A DNA stretch of 64,000 bases from Malacoraja senta (Eukaryota), in contig CM075988.1 of assembly GCA_038087875.1 (NCBI GenBank), positions 22,384,001 through 22,448,000 on the forward strand. The letters run 5' to 3'. This document shows, in pieces, positions 51,439 to 63,136 of this stretch. The notes beneath the pieces were generated by a model, which was not told where the DNA came from, ran no database searches, and saw only the letters and a program-made list of their open reading frames with translations. The position numbers and the translations under genes are program-made. Within the stretch, counting starts at the first letter, position 1. Each line of letters opens with the position of its first letter.

Positions 51439-52681
51439 ATCCTACACACTAGGGACAATTTACAGAATCCAATTACCCTACCAACCTGCACGTATTTGGA
51501 ATGTGGGAGGAAACCGGAACACCTGGAGAAAACCCACGCAGTCACGGCAAGCACGTGCAAACTCTGCACGGACAGCACCCATAGTGAGGGTCTCTGGCGC
51601 TGTAAGGCAGCAACTCTACCTAAAAATGTAAATCCTATCAATCCTAAATCTCTAAACTGAGCTGAGAACTGCTCTCTAGGGGTGGGTGGGTCCTTGAGCT
51701 TTTCCAATGTGATGATTTTATAGTTTGAATTGATTGAAAGATACAGCTTTGTAACAGGCCCTTCAGCCCACTGAGTCCACGCCATTGATCACCCATTCAC
51801 ACTAGTTCTATGTTATTCCACTTTTGTATTAATTCCCTACACACTAGTGGTAAGTTACAGAGGCCTAGTATTAATCTGCAAACCCAAGAGAGACACAAAA
51901 TGCTGGAGTTACTCAATGGGTCAGGCAGTGGTTTCGGGTCGGGACCCTTCTTCACACTGATTGTAATGTGGGGGGGGGAGGTGGGTGGTGGGGGGCAGAT
52001 GGGGTGGGGGGGGACTGCAAGCGAGCAAATCAGGGCTGGCAATAGATTACCTCAGGCAAGGAGGTTCCCTGATAGGCCGATTGTTGACTTGGGACAAGTG
52101 AGTGTCCAAGTGGGATTGCATTTATGTGTATCTTTAGTGTAAACCAGCCATCTGCAGTTCCTTTTTATTACAACCTATAAACCCTCCAGTCTTTGGGAAG
52201 TAGGAGGAAACCAGAGCACCCGGAGGAAACCCGCTGGGTCACAGGGAGAGTGTGCAAAACTCCACTCAGACAGCACCTGAGGTCAAAATCGGTTTTGGTC
52301 TCTGGCATTGTGAGGTGGCAGCTCGACGAACTGCGCCACTGTGCCTGCCGCCCTGTTGGCTAGTGAGTGAATCGACCACATCACAACAGCACTACCATAC
52401 AGAGCAATTTTAAAGCTAGACTACATTTTGATGACTTTTATCCTTCAAATGAATTCTAACAAAGCTGCAGCTCCTAATTAATATTGTATGAATTTGTGAA
52501 AAGCATCAAATTAACTTTTGTTCAATCCACTGTTCGGTGCCACGGTTTTAATTTTGTCCCACAGATCGGTGTATTATTCACATTTTCCTCAATATATGAA
52601 CCTTTAACAAACACCCACATTGATGTTGTCAGGACCTGAGGGCCCGAGCTGCAGGGAGAGGCTGAGTAGGCGAAGACTTTA

Positions 52682-53011
52682 AAGCCCTGTCCCACTGTAC
52701 GAGTTAATTCCAAGAGTTCTCCCGAGTTTGCCCTGATTCGAGCTCGGAGATTTACGGTAATGGCCACTCGTCGGTACTCGGGGCTCTCGTGGACATTTTT
52801 CAACATGTTGAAAAATCTTCACGAGTCTTCCTGTGCTTACCTGCCGTTAGCGAGTCTTCCCAAGTACTTGCCATTAGTGGTACGAGCCGCTAAGAGACGT
52901 CCCCGAGCTCCGACGTACCCGCTACGTTCATTCTCCGTGCTTACCATGAGTTTGATTTTGTTAAAACTCGGGAGAGCTCTTGGAATGAACTCGTACCGTG
53001 GGACAGGGCTC
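52682..53011. mobile_element. ~330-bp Harbinger-like MITE family copy
   Basis: TIRs and TTA TSD. Confidence 0.9.
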
Positions 53012-53037
53012 TTAGTCTTTGGACTGCAGGTGGGGTT

Positions 53038-53399
53038 GATCTTATAGAGGTGTATAAGTTCATGAGAGGAATCTATAGGGTAAATGCACAGAGTTTTTTT
53101 GCCCAGAGTAGGGTAATCAAGAACCAGAGGACATAGGTTTAAGGCAAAAGATTTAATAGGATCCTGAGGGACAACTTTTTTTTTTACACAAAGGTTGGTA
53201 GATGTATGGAATGAGCTGCCGGAGGAGATAGTTGAGGCAGATCCGATCACAATGTTTAAGAAACATTTCGACAGGTACATGGACAGGATAGGTTTGGAGG
53301 GATATGGAGTAAATGCGGGCAGGTGGGACTAGTGTGGATGGGGCACGTTGTGTGGCGTGGGCAAGTTGGGCTGAAGGCCCTATTCCCGTGCTGTATGAC
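53038..53399 (+). mobile_element. CR1-type LINE 3' fragment whose tail resembles the HE1 SINE tail
   Basis: DLIEVYKFMRGI..SRTRGHRFK remnant. Ends gggctgaaggccctattcccgtgctgtatgac. Confidence 0.8.
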
Positions 53400-56300
53400 A
53401 GACTGCAAATATTTCACAATATGTTTCCTATGTTAAAGCAGTGACTGCCTTTGGGATTTCCCAAGTAGAAAAGTATTTTATATATAGACACATATATGGG
53501 AAGCCTTTCCTCTTTTTAAGTATTAACACTCTCCTTGGGATTCCTGTAAATGTCTTCACCATTCTGAGGATCCAGTGCAAATGTGATCACACTTTGCGAT
53601 TTCCAAGAATTAGCTTCATTCTAGACATCCCCCGCATGTATTGACCGACGACAATGAATCCCTAGAAAATATTAATAGACTCTTTGGGATACTTTGCAGA
53701 TACACACACACTTTGAGGGACCCCATGGTAACATTAACACTCCCAAGGATCCTTTGCAAACATTACCATTCTCCCAGGGATGCTCTGCTCTTGCAAACCC
53801 CGCGATCAAACTCTGAGAGAACACCAAACATTTGCTGGGGAAACCTTGTTCTCATTCTTGAAAGCCAAGAGGAAAACGCCTGAGATAGACACAAGAGGTT
53901 CAAATGACAATAAACGGTATTGTATTGTATTGTATTGTAGATGCTGGAGTAACTCAGCGGCTCAGGCAGCATCTCTGGAGAAAATGGAGGGGACGTTTCG
54001 GGTCAGGACCCTTCTTCTGACTGAAGAAACAGTCTGAAGAAGGTTTTCTGACCCGAAAAAAATCACCTCTCCATTTTCTCCAGAGATACTGCCTGACCCG
54101 CTGAGTTACTCCAGCATCTTGCGTCTATCCTTGATATAAACCAACTACTGCAGTTCATTTCTATTGCAGAAAGATTCCTGATATCATTTGCAAAAAGAAG
54201 CGTATACGACACAGGAGAGCGGCCAGTCAGCCTTTCGAGGTTGCTCTGCTTTTCCAGTGATTAGCTGATCCAATCTTTGACTCAACACTACTCTTGGGGA
54301 TGATCAGCCATGATCACATTGAATGGCGGTGCTGGCTCGAAGGGCCGAATGGCCTACTCCTGCACCTATTGTCTATTGTTTATTGTCTATTGTCTTCCGC
54401 TTTCTCCCCACACCTCTCGAATCCCTTGTATTTAATATGTCTGTTAATTTCCACTTTGAATACGTTCTATGACTCTATATCTACCTGTTCCCTGGGTTAG
54501 AGGGATGACCAAGGATTCACAATCTTTTACGAGAAGAAATGCCTCCTCATTTTTGCCTGAAACTCTGCTCCCGGGATGCATATTCCCTGACTCGGGGGAA
54601 AAAAACTCTCTCTCGAGTCAATCATCTTGCGTTAAGATCAAATCTCATTCTTCTCCATTCCCGTGTGTGTGGGGAAACCTCCTCAGCCTTTATTCATACA
54701 CAACCCATCCAAAGGATCAGCTGAGTGAACCTTCCCTGCTCCACCTTCATTCCTTGCTGTGTATCTCTACATCGAAGATAGGATAACAACCAATTCATCC
54801 ACTATCCCTACTGCCCATAACAATTTAGAATGCAGATCATCAAGTCCTGGTGACTTGTTGACCTTCAGCATCATTAGAACAAGAGAGAAATGTTTAAACG
54901 ACTGCTGGTTTGGAAAGTGCAGGCATTGAATTTCTTCCCAGTCAGAGTACCAAGCAGAGTATAAAGACTTCTGAAGTCTTTATGGGGTGTCGGTGTGGAG
55001 TTTGCATGTTCTCCCCGTGACTGCATGGGTGTACATTCTCCGGTTTCCTGATACATTCCACAGACGTGCCGGTTTGTAGGTTAACTGATCTCTGTAAATC
55101 GCCCCCAGAGTGTAGGATGCAATAGTGGTCTAACATCAAACTAGTGTATGGCTGATCGATGGTCGCCATGGACACGAAGGGCCTGTTTCCACATTATACC
55201 TCTAAACTCTAAATTTAAAACCCATGACAGAGATCCACATTATCTTTAAATACAAAAATGTCCTAAAACTAACTGCGTGCCCGCTTTTCCAGACAGTTGT
55301 GTGAAACGTTTAAAAAAAATGACTGATGTTCTGAGTAACATTGTATTGCACTGTATTAACAATGTTCTGCACAACATTTTATTGTACTGTTTAAAATGAC
55401 TAAGAATTTCATGCCAAAGGCATATTGAATTTACAGAAAGGGATGGGCTCTGTGACCGATGCTAATCCAATTCCTTTCAAAGGAAGCCATGGCTTCATAT
55501 ATTTCCTGTCACTGGATGTTGACAAAAGATCTCACTCTGCCTATTTTCCCCACTCGCACTGTATTATGTAATTCTCATAAAAAACCACCCGACAATGACG
55601 GATGACCTTTGCTAAAGCTTAGGTGAGTTTGAAAGCTGTAGGAGACCGGAACAGAGAGACCTTGTATTAGACAGACAGAACAAAAGATGCTCTATTCATG
55701 TTGCAGTCCGTTCCAGAGCATCTGTTCCTTGCAATGAGCTGGAATTTTAAGAAGCGGATGATATGCGGTGAATTGATTAAAACGTGGTAACCAGAGTTGC
55801 ATCATTAGGGATTTGCCCAGATCAACAGAACCATCTTGAATATTCCTGGAGTGCAAAGGAGAACATCAAGAAATAACTTCATTTGGTTGCACCCATTTGA
55901 AGAATATTTTATCCTTCGAACTGGCCTTACACTGTAATGTTAGCTAACTTTCTGAGGTAAATCGATCTGTCACTGTTGGTCGCTCAACAAAGGAAGAGAT
56001 ATCTGGAAATCTAGTTCAAATATATCAGGCTCTTAAAGATAGCGGAGTCAGGGGATATGGGGGGGAGGCAGGAACGGGGGTAGTGAGTGGGGGATGATCA
56101 GCCATGATCACATTGAATGGCGGTGCTGGCTCGAAGGGTCGAATGGCCAACTCCTGCACCTATTGTCTATTGTCAATGAATTTGTATTGGTTGTTAAGGG
56201 TTGTTGTTGCCCTGTCTTGAGGTGCAGTAATACTATAATAAAATGAGCCTGGGGCCATTGGAGAGGATGGAAGATGAAATTTTTCGAAGTTTATATGAAA

Positions 56301-57773
56301 TGAAAAAGCTGTTACTTAACATATTTCTAATTTTTGAGGCAATGAAATTTTTTATTTAATTAGCACAGCTGGTCATATTGGGCATGTGTTTATGTGCGTG
56401 TGCCTGTGCATGTGTGCGACCCTGTGTGCCCTTGTGTGTTTAAAAAACTGAAAGTAAAAAAAATTACAGATGCTGGAAATATTAAATTGAAACAGAAACC
56501 ATTCAGCAGGTCAAGCAACATATGTGGAAAGAGAAACATAATTAATGTTTCAGGTCTTTTATGTTTTTATGATCTTAAATATAGTTCCATACAGTGGTAT
56601 GAAAGACTTCCCCAGAAGACTGAGGACATTTGTCATGTCTCCAACAACACTTACCAACTTCTACAGATGTGCCGTAAAACCATATTATCGGGATGCATTA
56701 CAGCTTAGTTTCAGTAACTCTGCCGAAGATCGCAAGAAATTGGTGATTTGTGGATGTAGCCCAGACCGTCACATAGATCATCAACCCCCCTACCATCAAC
56801 TCCCCCGACATTTCATACTGCTTCTTGATGATTCCATCAATGTGCTGGGTCCAGGACAGATCTTCAGAGACATGTCCACCCAGGAATATATTTTAGGCAC
56901 CTGGACTACCTACTGAAGTGCACACCACTCTCCTTTGAAGTCCATTGAGATTTTGATGATCTGCCCAGCTGGAGGTAAGGATGTCATTAAGTTGGAAAGG
57001 GAGCAGTACAGATTCACCAGAATATTCAGGAGATACAAGGAACCGCAGATGCTGGGTTATACAAAAAAATGACTCAAAGTGCTGGAGTAAACCGGTAGGT
57101 CAGGCAGCATCTCTGGAGAACATGGATAGGTGACATTTCAGGTCGGGACCCATCTTATTCTGGTCGACCCGAAACATCACCTATCCATTTTCTCCAGAGA
57201 TGCTGCATAACCCACCGTGTTACTCCAGCATTTTGTGTCTTTTTTAATATAAACCGGCATCTGCAGTTCCTTGTGTCCTTTTTTTCCCGCTGGATATTAG
57301 CTGGGTTTACAGGCTTGAGTTAGAGGGAGCGGGCTGGGAGGCTGCAGGTGTAATCTTAGAGGTGAACAAGATCACATTCCTTCTCTCCAGAGATGCTGCC
57401 TGTCCTGCTCAGTTACTCCAGCATTTTGTGTCTACCTTCGATTTAAACCAGCATCTGCAGTTATTTTGTACCCAAGATCATGAGACATGTACCCAAGATC
57501 ATGAGAGAAGCCTCCACGTGGCACATCCCGGGAATGCTGACAACAGAAACTGTACCACAGTGACTGACTGAAGTAGCCAATTCTGCAACCACCGACCGTC
57601 AACCGCCAATGACTGACCGGAAAGACGTGATATGGAAGATGGCCGGACACAAGGAAGAAGAAGATGAGAGACATGGATAAACTGAACCACAGGGAGGAGG
57701 ATGCTAAAGCTAGAGGGCATAGGTTTGAGGTGAAAGGGGAAAAGATTTAAAAGGGACTTCAGGGGCAACTTTT

Positions 57774-57973
57774 NNNNNNNNNNNNNNNNNNNNNNNNNNN
57801 NNNNNNNNNNNNNNNNNNNNNNNNNNNNNNNNNNNNNNNNNNNNNNNNNNNNNNNNNNNNNNNNNNNNNNNNNNNNNNNNNNNNNNNNNNNNNNNNNNNN
57901 NNNNNNNNNNNNNNNNNNNNNNNNNNNNNNNNNNNNNNNNNNNNNNNNNNNNNNNNNNNNNNNNNNNNNNNNN
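57774..57973. other. Assembly gap (200 N)
   Basis: Run of N. The round size suggests a scaffolding placeholder of unknown true length. Confidence 0.99.
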
Positions 57974-58112
57974 GCAATTTCTTGCAGTCTTGGATGGACC
58001 TGTTTGCAAACCATGCAGTGATGCATCCTGATAAAATGCTTTCTACGGTGCATCTGTGGAATTTAATGAGGGTTGTTAAGGACATTCCGAATTTTCTAAG
58101 CTTTCTAAGGGA
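57974..58112 (-). mobile_element. Rex1/Babar RT fragment
   Basis: TLIKFHRCTVESILSGCITAWF. Similar remnant at ~56615-56765 (+). Confidence 0.8.
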
Positions 58113-58333
58113 TTATGGGAGTGTGCGAAACTATCTACCGTGACCGGGTCTCAAATTACCTTATCTGAAGAAGATTTGAAGAAGAGTTCTTCAAAACATC
58201 ATCTGTCCATTCCCTCCCCAAGTGCTGCCTGACTTACTGAGTTCCTCCAGCATTTTATGCTTTGTTCAAGATTGCAGCATCTGCAGTTTCTTGTGTTTCA
58301 ACTTACCTTACCTAATTTACCTGAGTGAGATAA

Positions 58334-59012
58334 TCTATATAACTAAAAGTCTCATCTTGACCACTTCCTGTCTGCGCTGTATATTGATTTTAGAAAAAAA
58401 CGCTACCATATAACGCTATGATTTTTGGCCATTTTACTCGCAGTCCTCCTCCGCTGAGGCAGCCCCGGGGATTTTTCCGATCGATGAAAACTAAAACAGT
58501 TATGAGTGTTTAAAGAATCTTGAGATCAGCTGATTGGTCCTCTCACCTGTTAATCACCACAATGAAGGTAACGCCCCTTCCGGGGGGGGCGCAGGACTAT
58601 AAAACCCCGGATGCCTGGACGTGAGTCAGACACTCTGGAAGATCGTGAGGGAGAGTCCACAACTGTGATTCTAAGCTGTGAATCAACTGAACTGTGAGTC
58701 TGCAATGTACTTGCAATAAATGATTTGTTAGCCCTTAATGACAATGTAATGAGTTGTTTGGCAATTTGGTGGCCTATACTCTGCTTGAAATGCTATGAAA
58801 CTCAATTTGGTGGCCTGCACTCTGCCTGAAATGCTATGAAACTGAATTTGGTGGCCTGCACGCTGCCTGAAATGCTATGAAACTGAATTTGGTGGCCTGC
58901 ACTCTGCCTGAAATGCTATGAAATTGAATTTGGTGGCCTGCACTCTTCCTGAAATGCTATGAAACTGAATTTGGTAGCCTGCACTCTGCCTGAAAGGTCC
59001 CACTTTGTCTAG
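58334..59012 (+). mobile_element. Non-autonomous Helitron
   Basis: Starts A|TCTATATAACTAAAA, ends CTAG|T, no TSD or TIR, internal minisatellite. The subterminal hairpin is weak. Confidence 0.75.
58763..58995 (+). repeat. 41-bp minisatellite, ~5.7 units
   Basis: Unit aatttggtggcctgcactctgcctgaaatgctatgaaactg, starting at 58763, 58804, 58845, 58886, 58927 and 58968. Confidence 0.95.
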
Positions 59013-59125
59013 TATGAGTTAGGAGAAGGAATCAACCATTCTGCCCTGCATGCCTATTCCATCATATTGTTTTAGATTAACCATACATTCCCGTCCATCC
59101 ATGGTAAACTTTAATGCCCATGCTT

Positions 59126-59421
59126 ATTTTAGTTTAGTTTAGAGATACAGCGCGGAAACAGGCCTTCACCCACCGAGTCCGCACCGACCAGCGATCCCCG
59201 CACATTAACACTATCCTGCACACACTAGGGACAATTTACACATACACCAAGCCAATTTACCTACAAACCTGAATGTCTTTGGAGTGTGGGAGGAAACCGA
59301 AGATCTCGGAGAAAACCCACGCGGTCATGGGGAGAATGTACATACAGTACCTGTGGTCGGGATTGAACCAGTGTCTCCGGCGCTGCAAGGAAGCAACTAC
59401 ACCGCTGCGCCACCATGGCCG
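59126..59421 (-). mobile_element. HE1-type V-SINE
   Basis: Reverse-complement copy. Further copies near 9117, 11250, 32910, 44931, 52170, 54990, 60606 and 62000. Confidence 0.85.
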
Positions 59422-60030
59422 CTCAAGAGCGGCCTCATCAAGGCTCTTTCTGCCTGACTTTACTTCCACTGCCCTTTGTGGACAAGAGTTGTGAAACCTC
59501 AGAGAAAAGAATTCCACCTCATCTCTCTCTCCAATGAGAACCCTTTTAAACAGTTGCTTCTGGTTATCGATACCACACATCCACCCTGTCTAAGACACAT
59601 TGAACAGTACAGCACAAGAACAGGCCCTTCGGCCCACAATCTCTGTGCTGAACACAATGCCATTAATTCTCCACCTGCATATAACCCATATCCCTCCATT
59701 CTCTGCATATCCAAATGCCTTTTAAATGTCTCTGCTTCAATCACCACCCCGGGCAGTGTGTTGCAGGCACTCACACCCTCTGCGTCACAGACGTACCCTG
59801 CACATCTCCTTTAAACTTTGCCTCACCTCACCTAAACCCTCAGGATATAACATGTTTTGACATATCTCATTACACTAAACTCTAACAGATACGAATCTAG
59901 CCCGACTACCTTTTCCTCATGTGTAATCCTCCCATTCCAGGGATTTGTTTAAGAAAGAACTGCAGATGCTGGAAAAATCAAAAGGTAGACAAAAAAAGCT
60001 GGAGAAACTAAGCGGGTGAGGCAGCATCTA

Positions 60031-60173
60031 TCTTCTTCTTCTTCTTTCGTGTGGCGTGCACAGCCTAAAGTTGTAGGACAACTTGTTCTATTTGATCTTC
60101 CGTTTGTGCACGTCGAGTTGATGGCATTAGTCGAAACAGGGCGGACCACGTGAAGGTTGCAATCTTCCACCCC
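60031..60173 (-). mobile_element. Second unclassified (GAA)n-tailed short retroposon, inserted in a pLTR
   Basis: 12-bp TSD aggcagcatcta. Second copy at ~12377-12508 (+). Confidence 0.8.
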
Positions 60174-62764
60174 AGGCAGCATCTATGGAGCGAAGGAATA
60201 GGAAACGCTTCGGGTCGAGACCCTTGGGTCTCGACCCGAAACGTCGCCTATTCCTTCGCTCCATAGATGCTGCCTCACCCGCTGAGTAAGGGTCCTCACC
60301 CGCTGAGTAAGGGTCTCGACCCAAAACATCGCCTATTCCTTCGCTCCCTCACCCGCTGAGTTTCTCCAGCTTTTTTGACCACCAGGGGTTTGTTTAGTAA
60401 GTTGTTTCTGAACATCCTTACTTAAATAAAGAGACCAATATGTATGAAAATACAAAGAACGCAGGTGCTGGAAATCTGAAATACAAACATAAAATGCTGG
60501 AAAAATGTCAGGCAGCAGCTGTGGAAACAGACAGACCGTTCGTCAGAACAAGGGTCCCAGATCTCAAACGTTAAATATTTTCCTTTCCACAGATGCTGCC
60601 TGACCTTTAGTTTAGTTTAGAGAGACAGCGTGGAAACGTGCCCTTTGGCCCACCAGGGATTACCCATACACACCAGTTCTAACCTACACACTGGGGACAT
60701 TTTTTTCAGAGACAATTAATTAACCTACAAACCTGTACATCTTTGGAGTGTGGGAGGAAACCGGAGCACTCGGAGAAAACCCACGCCGTCACGGGGAGAA
60801 TGTACAAAAACACCGTACAGACACCACCCGTAGTCAGGATCGAACCGGGGTCTCTGGTGCGAAAAGGCAGCTACTGGACCGCTGCGCCACTGTGCTGGAA
60901 AAACCTGTGTTTTTCCAGCATTTTCTATTTTTATAAGAAATACTGTATGCAACACTCCAGATCTGAGCTCCCTAATGCTCCTTTTAACTCAGCTATATCT
61001 TCTTTACTTCTGTATTCAATTCTCCTTGCTAAAATCAATAACATTTTAGCTTTCCCAATTGCCTGCTGGACCTGGATCATTTCCTTGCACTTAAAACCAA
61101 GCAGCCACAGACTGAAAGCCGCACATGGCTGAGGTGGACACAGACGTATGCAAGAGATTTGGAAATGGAAAGTAACATATATCGCTGACACAACCGACCC
61201 TGTTTTATAGATCATTTGCAGTTCATTATGAGCACACCCTATTAAACTTAAAAAATTAAACTTTAAAAAATGTCTCCTGATTTTTATAGTTATACTGCAG
61301 CCAATACAACTTTTGAATAAGATCGTAAGATCATAAGTGATAAGAGTAGAATTAGGCCATTTGGCCCCATCAAGTCTACTCCGCCATTCAATTATGGCTG
61401 ATCTCTCTCTCCCATCCTAACCCCATTCTCCTGCCTTCTCCCCATAAACCTCTGCACCCATAAGAATCAAGAGACGTAACCTTAAGGTGATCATAATTTC
61501 AATGCATCAATACACAACTTCTCTCCACTACTAATACTGCATTTTATGTCTGAAGGTCTCCCTGCAAATCGCAGAAAAACTGGCCCATCTACAATTTTCA
61601 CCAGACAAAGAACAAAGGAAGGCAGAGAAATTGGCTGGTATTTCATTTTATGGAATGCAACCTTGATAAGGATGTACAGGTAATTAACCCTTTCAGGTAA
61701 GCAGGCTATTTCATGTTGAAACAAGGAACTGCAGATGCAGGTTTACAAAGATAGACACATAGGGCTGGAGTAACTCAGCGGGTCAGGCAGTATCTCCGGA
61801 GAACATGGATGGGTGACATTTCGGGTCAGGACCATTCTTCAGACTCCTCTGAAGAACATGGATGGTTGACGACTCAAAACTTCACCTCTATGTCCTCCAG
61901 GCTATTGCATTTATTACAAGAAAATGTTCTGATTAGTAGTCATATTAATACAAATAGGAATTTAATCTGGCTACTGAAGCAAGCTGTTGGCCTTGACACT
62001 TTAGACTTTTAGATTTTAGAGATATAGAGCGGAAACAGGCCCTTCGGCCCACTGAGTCCGCGACGACCAGTGATCCCCTTACACTAGCACTACCCTACCC
62101 ACTAGGGACAATTTACAATTTTTACTGAAGCCAATTAACCCACAAACCTGTACATCTTTGGAGAGTGAGACACGGTGAAAACCCACGCAGTCACAGGGAG
62201 AACATACAAACTTTGTACAGACAGCACCCGTAGTCACGATCGAACCCGGGTCTCTGTTGCTGTAAGGCAGCAACTATACTGATGCACCACTGTGCCGCCC
62301 CAAATGTTAACTGTTTCTTTCTCCATTTTCTGATCTTTCTACAAATGTAGTTCATACTGGAACCGCTCAGCTGAATTTCCAGAGTGATACAAGACAACCC
62401 AGAAATCTTATTTCATCCTTAAATAAGGCACAATGTCAAATACATAGCACGGTTCCTACATATGCAACTCCATTTCCAGACCATGTAATCTCCGCAAGGA
62501 AACGAGAGCAAAATCTCAGTTCATTTCAAGAGAGTCAGGCTGTCAGGTCATTGTGACACTGCTGGCAATACTCTACAGACCACATGCTCCATATCTTGGT
62601 ATCTGTTAAGTCTGACACAGTGAACACTATTAATCGTCTTGACCTACAATGCTGCACGACTTTCTCCGTAACCCACGGCCGGCCTCAGCTTCAGGGACAA
62701 GGAGAGAATAATGGTGGAGAGGAATCCATGCAAATTGGGATACAATTTCCACCTTGGTGTGAAG

Positions 62765-63136
62765 CAAAGATCCTATAGCGAGCAAGATAGTCCACTTGAC
62801 GAAAAAGACGTAGTACGGTCATGGGCAGATTCATGGGTAATTTTCGGCCCCATTTCCGTAACCGGCTTCCCAAAGATCCCATAGGATACTAGTGCGGAGA
62901 CGGAAACCGGTTACGGAAACATCCTCGTAAAAATAAAAGTTATTTGGTAAAAATCTTCTCATTTTCAGAATTTTAATTTATTAACACAACGTTGATTACA
63001 CTGTGAGTCGGGTTGGGTCGGGTCCGGTTACGGAAATGGATGAAAAAAAGGCCCACGTTCCGTTCCGTTGCGTACTACACGTCAGCCCATTGCATTTAGC
63101 AGGAGTGGTCTATCTTGCTCCGCTATAGGATCTTTG
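62765..63136. mobile_element. Non-autonomous DNA transposon with 8-bp TSD (hAT or P superfamily)
   Basis: ~32-bp TIR CAAAGATCCTATAGCG(G)AGCAAGATAG.CCACT. TSD GTGTGAAG (62757 and 63137). Confidence 0.88.

Noticed and set aside
57499..58085. ORFs spanning X runs
   Set aside because: Artefacts of translating through the N gap.
58763..58995. Regular repeats resembling a CRISPR array
   Set aside because: Head-to-tail units with no unique spacers, no cas genes, eukaryotic context.
62644..62700. Minus-strand ..SCSI|gtagg resembling the end of the missing PCSK7 exon
   Set aside because: The upstream translation has no similarity to the expected EECASMLAVTFSGG.
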